From assembly GCA_048886185.1 (NCBI GenBank), contig JBHLKY010000025.1, positions 1 through 32,000 of the forward strand: 32,000 bases of DNA. The letters are read 5' to 3'. Both the position numbers and the translations under genes were made by a program. This stretch comes from Candidatus Hermodarchaeota archaeon. GTDB lineage: Archaea > Asgardarchaeota > Heimdallarchaeia > Hodarchaeales > Hodarchaeaceae. Of this stretch, positions 1-8,707 are shown piece by piece (position 1 is the stretch's first letter; each line of letters starts with the position of its first letter). The notes under the pieces were generated by a model. It searched no databases and had not been told where the DNA came from. It saw nothing but the letters and a program-made list of their open reading frames with translations.

Positions 1-1
1 T

Positions 2-682
2 GGAGCAAGTCTATATGGTCAGGAAATCATCCCCCGCTTGGCTGCCCGCTTCCATTCCGCGTTGTTTGCCTCCGTCAAAAATTTAACAGTAGATGGGGAT
101 CATCTTCTCGGGATTCATCCACTCTTTGAGGAGAAGCTCCTCGGGACTATGTCAGCTCCTCAAAATCAGTTGAATTTTGTGACCATTTTAGGCGGAAATA
201 ATCCTGAGGTTGAATCAGATGACTCTTTTTCGGGAGAAGTCATTGATTTCGCTCCTGCTATTAATGACAGTGATAAACGCGAAGTTTTTGTCGAAGAGAA
301 GATTGCCAAGGTCTCTGTGGACATTACAAAAGCTAAGTTGATCGTTGCGGGTGGTCGTGGAGTGGGTGGCAAAGAAAAGTACACTATCATCTTTGATACA
401 GCTAAAGCATTGGGTGGTGAGGTCGGGGCAAGTCGTGCCGCTGTTGATGCGGATTGGGTGCCCTATGACCATGAAGTTGGTCAGACTGGGAAAACTATAA
501 CTCCCGATTTCTACATAGGATGCGGTATCTCTGGTGCTATCCAACACCTGGTTGGTATGCGGAACTCTAAAACCATAATTGCTATCAATACTGATGAAGA
601 GGCCCCGATTCTTGATGTCGCCCATTATGCTATTATCGCTGACTTGCACGAGGTACTTCCAGAGCTAATAAAGAAAGTTTAA
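2..682 (+). CDS. etfA: Electron transfer flavoprotein subunit alpha (5' truncated by window edge)
   Basis: The frame is open from base 2 (GASLYGQEIIPRLAAR...), so the gene starts upstream of the window. EtfA FAD-domain motifs IVAGGRGVG, VGASRAAVD, VGQTGKT and GISGAIQHLVGM...IIAIN.D..API are present. Confidence 0.95.
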   Translation, partial: GASLYGQEIIPRLAARFHSALFASVKNLTVDGDHLLGIHPLFEEKLLGTMSAPQNQLNFVTILGGNNPEVESDDSFSGEVIDFAPAINDSDKREVFVEEKIAKVSVDITKAKLIVAGGRGVGGKEKYTIIFDTAKALGGEVGASRAAVDADWVPYDHEVGQTGKTITPDFYIGCGISGAIQHLVGMRNSKTIIAINTDEEAPILDVAHYAIIADLHEVLPELIKKV

Positions 683-712
683 CCTCCTATACGGAGGTAA
701 ACCCTTTTTTTT
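677..712 (+). terminator. Stem-loop plus T8 tract (intrinsic-terminator-like) after etfA
   Basis: gttt-a-acctcc-tatac-ggaggt-aaac forms a 10 bp stem with one bulge, followed by cc and tttttttt. It overlaps the etfA stop codon. Confidence 0.6.
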
Positions 713-1136
713 CATTCAAATTTCTTTTAAATTAGATCTTAGTTCTTATGATAAGTTTCAGTATACTGTAATACATATTAAATATAATCAATTCCAAATA
801 AATCTCTTTGATAAATTTTATTTAAGGAATGGATGTCATTGTATTACAAAAACTGTTTTCACTAATGAAATTGAATTTTAATGGATCCATGTTAATTCCT
901 TAAGTAATTAATAGGATAACGTATTCACCTTACAGTTGTATTATGACCTCGACAACTTCAAAAAAGGAAGTTTTATTTTTAATTTCAATTTCTTAATCAG
1001 GACAAGCTGAAGTTATATGCCACCTCGTACGTCAGATTGGCTAATAAACAATTGAAACAATATACTTATACGATTCCTCAATGTGAGAATTAAATTTTAT
1101 CAGAAAAAGTCTGTAGCCTTGGTATTGGTGAAAATA

Positions 1137-3278
1137 ATGATTCAAACAATTTTTTCAATTTTGCAGGAACCTGGACGAGAAGCTTATTGGCCTCGTCACT
1201 TAGAATTATACGGACATCAACTTGGTTTTTTGATATATATTAGTGCAGGAATAGCGGTTCTAATTGTATTACTTGGAATCTATCGTGGGATGCGTGTATG
1301 GTTCCACGGGAAATATGATACAGAAGGTCAAAAATTCATACCATTTTTTTTAGGATTGATTGTTAGAGTTTTCAAGAATATTTTTTCTGGAACCCTCCCT
1401 AGAAGAATCTATTATGGCATTGGAGCTGGTATCACTAAACGTAATACAAGACAATGGCCTAGTTTCATAGCCCACACAATGATTATGCTTGGTTTCTTTG
1501 GGGCAGCAATTGCTACCATTATTTCAACAATCCATGAATATTTATTTCACGAAAAGCTTTTAATCGGTTTCTTTTACATAGCTCATTCATTTTTCGCTGA
1601 TGTGTCTGGAGTACTCTTATTCTTGGGGGTATTACTGGCATTGATTAGACGATACATTATGGATCGTGATTATTATGCTAGAGCTGGATATGAGGATCTA
1701 ATTCTGTTGTTAATACTCTTCTGGGCCAGTGTCTCTGGTTTTTTCATGGAAGCCACGCGAATTCTCTATGGTCTTAATAATCTCCCAATTTTGATTAATG
1801 ACACCTTATATACCAATATCGACTTCGAATGGTTTTCTTTTATTGGATATCCCCTCGCATTTATTCTTCAAATCTTTTCACTGAGTAATGGGCAAATCTT
1901 TGCCTTGCATCTCTTTTTTTATCTCTCCCATCTGTTTGTGGTGTTCATAGGCGCAGCTTACATAGCATATGGAAAGTTTTTCCATGTTGGGGTAGGCCTT
2001 GGAAATATCGTGCTTAAAGACATGAAATCACCCGCAGGACAGTTACAATTCGACCCTGAAGGTATCAAATCGATTGAGGATTTCACATTCTACCAATTGT
2101 TTGAGGCCTCAGCATGCATGAAATGCCATTTCTGTCACAATTACTGTCCTGCTCAAGATTCAGGTGAACCTCTATCACCGCTCAAGGTAATTCAAGACAT
2201 AAAAAACTGGGGAAGAAAACATTATGGATTAATCAAATCCAATAAAAATACTCCAATAATTGGTGAGTTATCAGGAATTACTAGTGATGTTTTATGGGCT
2301 TGTGTTACCTGTTATGCATGCGTAAACGCTTGTCCTCATCTTATAGGACATGTTGATATGATTGTTGGGATGCGTGCCACTTTAATTGAAGAGGGCGAAA
2401 TACCTGCAACCTACACAACTATGCTTGAAAGTGCATACAACTATGGGAATATCTGGGGCCAACCTAAACAGGATCGTGTAAAATGGTTAAAAGAAAAGAC
2501 ATTACCCAGCATAAAGGATTCCAAATCAAAACTTCTTTGGCTTCCTGGAGACACTCTAGCTTATGATCCTAGAAACCAGAAAGTCGCTAGAGCAGCATTT
2601 GAAGTTTTTACAAAGGCAGGGGTCGATTTCGGAACCCTTGGCGATGCTGAAAAGAATGATGGTAACGAAATGAGGCGATTAGGCGAGGAAGCGCTATTCC
2701 AGATGCTTGCTGAAGATAATATCAGTATTTTCAAGAAAAATAAAGTCAACAGAATAGTAGCATCCTCACCTCATGCTTATAATGCTATTAAGAACGAGTA
2801 TCCTAAGTATGGAGGAGAATTTGATGTTATCCATCATACTGAATTTTTAATGGAATTGATCGAAGAGGGAAAGATAAAATTCAGAAAAGAATTGAATTAT
2901 GAGATCACTTATCATGATCCCTGTTACCTAGGTAGGTACAATGACGTTTATAAAGCCCCACGGAAAATCATTGAACATCTTCCAGGAGTAACAATTAAAG
3001 AAATGCCAAATCACGGTCAATTCAGTTATTGCTGTGGTGGCGGAGGAGGAGGCATGTTTAGGGAAACACCAGAGTGGGTAAAAACACGAATTTCAGAGAA
3101 AAGGGTTTTAGAGGCAAAGGAAACATTGAATGGCAAAAATGGTTCTAAGAAGATCATAATTACAGCGTGTCCTTTCTGTACTAGTATGTTGACCGACGCC
3201 CTTAAAACTCAGCAGCTTGAAGAAGAAATAGAGGTTTATGATATCATAGAATTAGTATATGAAGCAATGGGAGATTGA
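1137..3278 (+). CDS. fadF: FadF / ETF:quinone oxidoreductase (EMO)-like membrane protein: NarI-like cytochrome b domain + 2x[4Fe-4S] + CCG domains
   Basis: The N-terminal half is hydrophobic with His residues in helices (FIAHTM, IAHSFF, LHLFFYLSHLF, KFFHV). CMKCHFCHNYCP and CVTCYACVNACP are present. The second CCG domain is intact (HDPCYLGR, CCGGGGG, ACPFC). ATG 1137, preceded by ggtg, is preferred over the track start at 1083. Confidence 0.85.
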   Translation: MIQTIFSILQEPGREAYWPRHLELYGHQLGFLIYISAGIAVLIVLLGIYRGMRVWFHGKYDTEGQKFIPFFLGLIVRVFKNIFSGTLPRRIYYGIGAGITKRNTRQWPSFIAHTMIMLGFFGAAIATIISTIHEYLFHEKLLIGFFYIAHSFFADVSGVLLFLGVLLALIRRYIMDRDYYARAGYEDLILLLILFWASVSGFFMEATRILYGLNNLPILINDTLYTNIDFEWFSFIGYPLAFILQIFSLSNGQIFALHLFFYLSHLFVVFIGAAYIAYGKFFHVGVGLGNIVLKDMKSPAGQLQFDPEGIKSIEDFTFYQLFEASACMKCHFCHNYCPAQDSGEPLSPLKVIQDIKNWGRKHYGLIKSNKNTPIIGELSGITSDVLWACVTCYACVNACPHLIGHVDMIVGMRATLIEEGEIPATYTTMLESAYNYGNIWGQPKQDRVKWLKEKTLPSIKDSKSKLLWLPGDTLAYDPRNQKVARAAFEVFTKAGVDFGTLGDAEKNDGNEMRRLGEEALFQMLAEDNISIFKKNKVNRIVASSPHAYNAIKNEYPKYGGEFDVIHHTEFLMELIEEGKIKFRKELNYEITYHDPCYLGRYNDVYKAPRKIIEHLPGVTIKEMPNHGQFSYCCGGGGGGMFRETPEWVKTRISEKRVLEAKETLNGKNGSKKIIITACPFCTSMLTDALKTQQLEEEIEVYDIIELVYEAMGD

Positions 3279-3628
3279 TAAATCACCTCTATTCCTGTCT
3301 TACATGAAAAAAGCATAATATACTTAAATAGGCAAGTTCAATGGGGAGTGAAAACTGTAGTACTCTAGTTGGGGGAATATTAGAACTTCTTTGGTCACAT
3401 AATTGTGATTGAAAAAACTTTTTCCAGGTTCATTACCTCAGATTTAGTCTATTAAGTTATTTTTCATTTTAATTTCACAGATTGTTGAGAAAAACATTTA
3501 TAATAATTGTTAATTAAAAATAATAATAATTAATTAAAAGGATTTTTACTCCTTAGTGATGTTTTTTGCACAACTGAGGCATCAAATATAATTAATCAAT
3601 CAATAAGAAAGATCTAGGTTATGGAATC

Positions 3629-4441
3629 ATGAGTGTCTATATTGAACTCCTTAATCTTGGAATATTTTTAGTGATCATAGCATTATTATGCGAGTATATT
3701 GACTCAGCTTTAGGTGGGGGGTATGGAACAATTCTTGTTCCTGTATTGCTACTTTTCGGATTTGAAAGTGACGTGTTAGTCCCTGCAGTATTATTTACCG
3801 AAATTTGGAGTGGTTTTGCATCGGCTTTTCTTCACCATTTTGTTGGTAATGCATATTTTAATGCAAAAATAGTTACAGTAAATAAGAGCAATACAGTAAA
3901 TCTCTCACCTGATTTCAAAATTTCAATAATTTTAGCTGGATGTGGAGTTATAGGAGGATCATCTGCTGCTTTAATTGCGATAAATATTTCCAGATTTATT
4001 GTTAATACCTACATAGGGATTCTTGTAACGGTTATTGGCATCCTTGTAGTTTTACAATTCAGATGGAGATTCACTTGGCGTCGAATTTTGGGAATTGGTG
4101 TTCTTGCAGCATTTAACAAAGGTTTAAGCGGGGGTGGATACGGTCCATTGGTTTCTTCTGGACAGATTATTGTGAATCGTAACCCCAAGGAAGCAGTTGC
4201 CGCAACATCTTTCTCAGAAGCTATCGTATCTATAGCAGCCTTACTGATCTATATAGTTGCAGGAGGAGTCTCCTTTATAGACCCTACCCTTATTTTTTAC
4301 CTCTTAATAGGAGCAATGGCTTCAGTACCATTTGCAGTACTCACAGTAAAATATTTACCCCTTGAAAAATTAAGTCTTTTTGTAGGATTCGCCACTATTT
4401 TATTGGGTTCATTTACTTTGATTAAAACTTGGTTTTTATGA
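3629..4441 (+). CDS. TauE/SafE (TSUP) family sulfur-compound transporter
   Basis: Multi-pass hydrophobic protein with two-fold repeated glycine motifs (DSALGGGYGTILVP, KGLSGGGYGPLV) and AVAATSFSE, typical of TSUP. Confidence 0.85.
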   Translation: MSVYIELLNLGIFLVIIALLCEYIDSALGGGYGTILVPVLLLFGFESDVLVPAVLFTEIWSGFASAFLHHFVGNAYFNAKIVTVNKSNTVNLSPDFKISIILAGCGVIGGSSAALIAINISRFIVNTYIGILVTVIGILVVLQFRWRFTWRRILGIGVLAAFNKGLSGGGYGPLVSSGQIIVNRNPKEAVAATSFSEAIVSIAALLIYIVAGGVSFIDPTLIFYLLIGAMASVPFAVLTVKYLPLEKLSLFVGFATILLGSFTLIKTWFL

Positions 4442-4500
4442 TAGAATCGTCATTAGTTTCTTCATTTTTAGTGAAAAAAAGAGAAAATAAGGATCAACAT

Positions 4501-4794
4501 ATGATTGGTAAATTAAAATTAATTAAAAATCACTATACCATAGATTACTTCATTAAAGACTTGAGCCTCTTTTTTTTTACATTTATAATCGATTATATGG
4601 TCACATCTGAGATCTTACATGTTCTAGAACATTATACATATTATCTACAACTTGCATCTCTAAACTTTCATACCCTCCTTGAACTTCTAACCTTAATTAT
4701 CTTTATTATTATTCCATTTTTGGTGCTTTACTTATCTATAGTAGAGAACTTAGAGTATTCTTTAAGTAAAGAGTCAAAACGTAATTACAATTAA
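4501..4794 (+). CDS. Small hypothetical membrane protein (97 aa)
   Basis: Open frame from ATG 4501 with two hydrophobic segments. It fills the gap between the TSUP gene and hdrC, but the DNA is very AT-rich and the ORF could be spurious. Confidence 0.35.
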   Translation: MIGKLKLIKNHYTIDYFIKDLSLFFFTFIIDYMVTSEILHVLEHYTYYLQLASLNFHTLLELLTLIIFIIIPFLVLYLSIVENLEYSLSKESKRNYN

Positions 4795-4963
4795 AAATGA
4801 CTAATGAAACCTTTCCTTAACAATTGTAAAAGAAGATTTGATGCCTAATTTCGTTATTCAACAAGAAAGATTAAAAACAGGGTAAATTCTAGTTGCATTG
4901 AAATAAGACAGTAATGATAGATAATCTCTATTCAATTTGACAAGAAAATATTTTGTGATTATT

Positions 4964-5626
4964 ATGATTACAACGTCTATAGGTAAAATTATTGATTTAA
5001 CTACTGCAGATCCAGATTTTAAGAATGAGGTTGTTGCTGAACCAGGAGGCCAACACCTAAAGAATTGTTTTCAGTGTTCCTCGTGTACTCTAACTTGTCC
5101 TGTTGCTGAAGTACCTGATTTAGATCTAAATCCACGTAAAATAATTCGTGAAGTCCTTTTTGGCCTACGGAAAGATGTGCTTGAATCAAAAGCAATCTGG
5201 CAATGTGTTGGTTGTTTCGAGTGTACTGATAGATGCCCTCAAAATGTTCGCTTCACAGAGATTATCGAAGCTTTACGCCGGATTGCCGTTCGTAGCAGTG
5301 AAAAGCGTTTTTTCTTTATTCCGAAAGAAAAAGATAAATCGCGTCGCATTAAACTGTCAAAAGAAGGAAAATTAAAACATTCATTTGATAAACGTTTCAC
5401 AGAGAGTGTTTGGCTTTGGGGTAGGACATGGGAGCCTGAATACATTGGCCGTTATTTAATGTATGGCCGAGGATTACCTTTTGGCCCATTTGTGGGTTTT
5501 AAATATATTTCAATGATTCTCGGTATGTTTAGGAAACTAAAAATTGAATTTTTTCCACCCTGGGTCTCACCTGCTAGAAGAGAAGTCAGAAAAATATTCA
5601 AAAAAGCTAAAAATAAAAACAAATGA
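4964..5626 (+). CDS. hdrC: Heterodisulfide reductase subunit C (bacterial-type)
   Basis: CFQCSSCTLTCP, LNPRKIIR and IWQCVGCFECTDRCPQNV. ATG 4964 is preferred over TTG 4937. Confidence 0.9.
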   Translation: MITTSIGKIIDLTTADPDFKNEVVAEPGGQHLKNCFQCSSCTLTCPVAEVPDLDLNPRKIIREVLFGLRKDVLESKAIWQCVGCFECTDRCPQNVRFTEIIEALRRIAVRSSEKRFFFIPKEKDKSRRIKLSKEGKLKHSFDKRFTESVWLWGRTWEPEYIGRYLMYGRGLPFGPFVGFKYISMILGMFRKLKIEFFPPWVSPARREVRKIFKKAKNKNK

Positions 5627-5636
5627 TGTGTTAATC

Positions 5637-6518
5637 ATGAGAATCGGATATTATCCTGGTTGTTCTCTCCACAAAGTTGCTAAGGAATATGATAGATCGG
5701 TACACAGAGTAGCAGAGAAATTAGGCATCGAACTTGAAGAATTAAACGACTGGAACTGTTGTGGGGCCTTGGAAGTTGTAGCAGTCAATCCATTAGCTGC
5801 TGAAGGAATTGTTGCAAGAAATCTGGCTATAGCAGAAAAGCAAGAAGTAGATCTACTAGTAGCAGTCTGTCCTGCCTGCTCATTTCAGCTAATATCTGTA
5901 AATCAAAAAATGGCTAAAGATGAAACTCATGCAGATGAAGTAAATTCCTTACTTAACAGTCCTTATACTCCGAATAGTGTGAAATCAATGCATTTCTTGC
6001 AACTACTTCGTGATGAAATCGGGATTGAAGCAATAAAGAAAAATATTGTCCAGGGGAATCCATTAGAAGGGAAAAAAGGAGTTGCATATTATGGGTGTTT
6101 TTGTACGCGACCAGGGGATATAATTCAGTTTGAGGATCCAGATAATCCAACCTTTATGGAGGAGCTGATTAACATTGTAGGAGCCGAAGCTCTCTACTTT
6201 CCAATGAAAACGAAGTGTTGTGGAGCAACTCAGCTACTTGTAGCTAAACCAACAGTAGAAACCTTAACGGGAAATATTATTGTAAGCGCTAAAGATGTTG
6301 GTGCAGAATTTATTGTTGTAGCTTGTCAAATGTGCGCCTTAGCACTTGACGGGCAACAAAAGCAGGCAGTAAAAAGAGTAAAAGGTGGAAAATTTAGGAT
6401 TCCTGTCTTGTATATTAGTCAAGTCCTAGGTTTGGGAATGGGCCTTGATTATAATTCTCTAGGACTAGGAGCTAATTACGTTTCACCTAAAGAATTACTT
6501 AAAGATGTTAAAACATGA
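5637..6518 (+). CDS. hdrB: Heterodisulfide reductase subunit B (bacterial-type)
   Basis: Two CCG domains: YYPGCSL...DWNCCGA...VCPAC and YYGCFCTRP...KCCGA...ACQMC. ATG 5637 lies 10 nt after the hdrC stop. Confidence 0.92.
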   Translation: MRIGYYPGCSLHKVAKEYDRSVHRVAEKLGIELEELNDWNCCGALEVVAVNPLAAEGIVARNLAIAEKQEVDLLVAVCPACSFQLISVNQKMAKDETHADEVNSLLNSPYTPNSVKSMHFLQLLRDEIGIEAIKKNIVQGNPLEGKKGVAYYGCFCTRPGDIIQFEDPDNPTFMEELINIVGAEALYFPMKTKCCGATQLLVAKPTVETLTGNIIVSAKDVGAEFIVVACQMCALALDGQQKQAVKRVKGGKFRIPVLYISQVLGLGMGLDYNSLGLGANYVSPKELLKDVKT

Positions 6519-6531
6519 GGAGAATCGCGAA

Positions 6532-7557
6532 ATGAGTAAAAATTGTATGATTATAGGAGGAGAAATTGCAGCTCTTCGTGCAGCAAAAGATTTGGCCATT
6601 CTTGGAGTCCCAGTCACTCTTGTCAATCCTTCAAAAGAATTCGGAGAAACAACTAAAATGTTTCAACGAGGAATTTTGGAGTTTGCTGATAATAAGAACA
6701 TCGTGAAATCATATCAAGAAGAGTTATCATCAAAATCTAATGTTATTGTAATGAATGATGCCCATATTACAAAAGTAATCAGAAAAGAAACCCCCTTTGA
6801 AGTAGAGGTTGAGCAAGACGGGACAACTAAAAATCTTGTTGCCAATACCGTGATAATTGCCTCAGGATTCGAAATATTTAATGCTGAAATTCTCGAAGAA
6901 TATGGATATAAATCTTTGCAAGGAGTACTTACCATTTTTGACCTAGAATCGGCCATTCATGATAAAAAACTACCAATTAATGATAAAACAAATAGAGTAA
7001 TTTTCATTCTTTGTGTTGGGTCTCGGATTCAACGAGCTGGGGCTAATCCTCAGTGTTCAACATATTGTTGTAGCTATTCAATTAACCAAGCATTACGCAT
7101 TAAGAAGGAATTTCCAGAGATAAACGTCATTATATTGTACATGGATATCCGTACAGTCGCTGATCATGAGTACCTGTATAATGAGGCGAGGAAGTTAGGA
7201 GTAATTTTCATCCGAGGGAGACCCTCCTCTATAGAATATTCAGAAAACAAACTTATTACCTTTTATGAGGATACACTAGCAAAAAGTCAGGATCTCCTTC
7301 CTGCTGATATAGTGGTATTAGCAGTAGGTGGAGTTCCGACCCCTGGATCTGAAGATATTGCTAACAAATTCGGAATCCAATTGAATGCGAACAAATTCAT
7401 AAAAATCACTGAAAAGCCTGTTTTTACCTCTACTGCAGGTATTTTCACATGTGGTTCAGCATGTGAGGGAGTAAAAAGCATTCAACAAAATCTTTCTGAG
7501 GGAGGAGCCGCAGCGATGGCTGCTTTTCAATTCTTGACGGAGCTTAAAGAACTATGA
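6532..7557 (+). CDS. hdrA: Short HdrA-like protein (core domain only, no ferredoxin inserts; degenerate FAD-binding loop)
   Basis: CVGSR...CSTYCC cluster motif, YMDIRT and IFIRGRPS. The Rossmann loop reads GGEIAA. RBS gaggag precedes ATG 6532. Confidence 0.8.
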   Translation: MSKNCMIIGGEIAALRAAKDLAILGVPVTLVNPSKEFGETTKMFQRGILEFADNKNIVKSYQEELSSKSNVIVMNDAHITKVIRKETPFEVEVEQDGTTKNLVANTVIIASGFEIFNAEILEEYGYKSLQGVLTIFDLESAIHDKKLPINDKTNRVIFILCVGSRIQRAGANPQCSTYCCSYSINQALRIKKEFPEINVIILYMDIRTVADHEYLYNEARKLGVIFIRGRPSSIEYSENKLITFYEDTLAKSQDLLPADIVVLAVGGVPTPGSEDIANKFGIQLNANKFIKITEKPVFTSTAGIFTCGSACEGVKSIQQNLSEGGAAAMAAFQFLTELKEL

Positions 7558-8687
7558 TTAATTCTGGTATGATTCCAACTAGTATTGAAATAGTAGATGA
7601 TGACGCATTATCAATCATCAAAGATTGTTTTCAATGTGGTTTATGCACCAGTGTGTGTCCTCTCCGAAAGGTGTCAAAATATAATCCAAGGGGAATAATT
7701 CATTCTGCATTGCTGGGACATTCTTTAAGTAATGATGATTTAACTATTTGTCTCACTTGTAGCCAGTGTTTTGAAGGATGTCCCCAGGAGATTAACTTTC
7801 CATCTTTTATACGCGAATGTAGGGCCAATGTTGTGTTGAGTGAAGAGAATTTTGCACATCATAATATATTCAATCTCCTACAGATCTTTATGGCTCAAAT
7901 GACCGAGTCAGGTATGAAATTTAGCTTTGAAGGAGAAATGAATTCGGAATCTAATATTGCCTATTTTCCAGGTTGTATAGATCTCTTTGACCGATTTTTA
8001 GATCTCAAAACCGTAAAATTTCATGATATTGGTCAAAGTGCGATTAATTTGATTAATAAAGTCGGGATTAAACCAAATTTACTCTCATTGAAGTGTTGTG
8101 GTCATGACGCTTATTGGACTGGTGATAACAACTCATTTGAAAAAGTCCGTGAATACAATACGCAGGTGATCAAGCAAGCAGGTATTACAACTTTGATAGT
8201 TTCATGTGCAGAATGTTATTATACATTTAAACAGCTTTACAAGCTAGACTCAATTAAAATTCAACATTTTTCTCAATTTATAGAAGAACACCAAGAGAAA
8301 CTTCGGTTTTCAGGTAACAGTAACATTAACTTAACATATCACGATCCTTGTCGCCTAGGTCGCTTTATGAAGGAGTATGAAAGCCCAAGAAGTGTCCTGA
8401 AGAATACTGGTGTAATAATGACAGAATTAATCAACAATAGAGAGAATACAAGTTGTTGTGGGGTGTCTGCTTGGTTAAGATGTGATGATCAATCTCGGGC
8501 AATAATGTTGAGAAAATTGGAGGAAGCTACTCAAGCTGTCGGAAAGGAAGGAACACTGGTTGTAGGATGTAACAAATGTTTCGCCCACTTAAATTGTGTG
8601 TTGGAAGACAAAAAACCCCGGCATCAATATCAAATACGAGTAAAAGAACTAGGAATGATAGTTGACGAGTTATCGACACAAAAATAA
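7554..8687 (+). CDS. HdrD-like (HdrC+HdrB fusion) Fe-S/CCG oxidoreductase
   Basis: CFQCGLCTSVCP and CLTCSQCFEGCP, plus two intact CCG domains (FPGC..KCCG..CAEC; HDPCRLGR..CCG..CNKC). ATGA overlap with the upstream gene. Confidence 0.88.
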   Translation: MINSGMIPTSIEIVDDDALSIIKDCFQCGLCTSVCPLRKVSKYNPRGIIHSALLGHSLSNDDLTICLTCSQCFEGCPQEINFPSFIRECRANVVLSEENFAHHNIFNLLQIFMAQMTESGMKFSFEGEMNSESNIAYFPGCIDLFDRFLDLKTVKFHDIGQSAINLINKVGIKPNLLSLKCCGHDAYWTGDNNSFEKVREYNTQVIKQAGITTLIVSCAECYYTFKQLYKLDSIKIQHFSQFIEEHQEKLRFSGNSNINLTYHDPCRLGRFMKEYESPRSVLKNTGVIMTELINNRENTSCCGVSAWLRCDDQSRAIMLRKLEEATQAVGKEGTLVVGCNKCFAHLNCVLEDKKPRHQYQIRVKELGMIVDELSTQK

Positions 8688-8707
8688 CACTTGAAAGTTG
8701 AAAAAAA

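Noticed and set aside
466-495. EtfA motif HEVGQTG instead of the usual xQVGQTG
   Set aside because: A single conservative change with no further support, so no functional claim can be made.
683-1136. Possible small gene or structured RNA in the etfA-fadF gap
   Set aside because: Only very short ORFs are present, and no convincing stem-loop or tRNA-like fold was seen beyond the terminator.
2535-2790. First CCG domain of the FadF/EMO protein lacks its cysteines (PGDT, EKNDGN, SSPHAY)
   Set aside because: As I recall, Bacillus-type FadF proteins show the same degeneration (EKNSGD, DPHAY), so this is a family trait rather than a novelty.
3341-3412. 23-codon ORF MGSENCSTLVGGILELLWSHNCD
   Set aside because: Too short, with no RBS or homology cue, and indistinguishable from chance.
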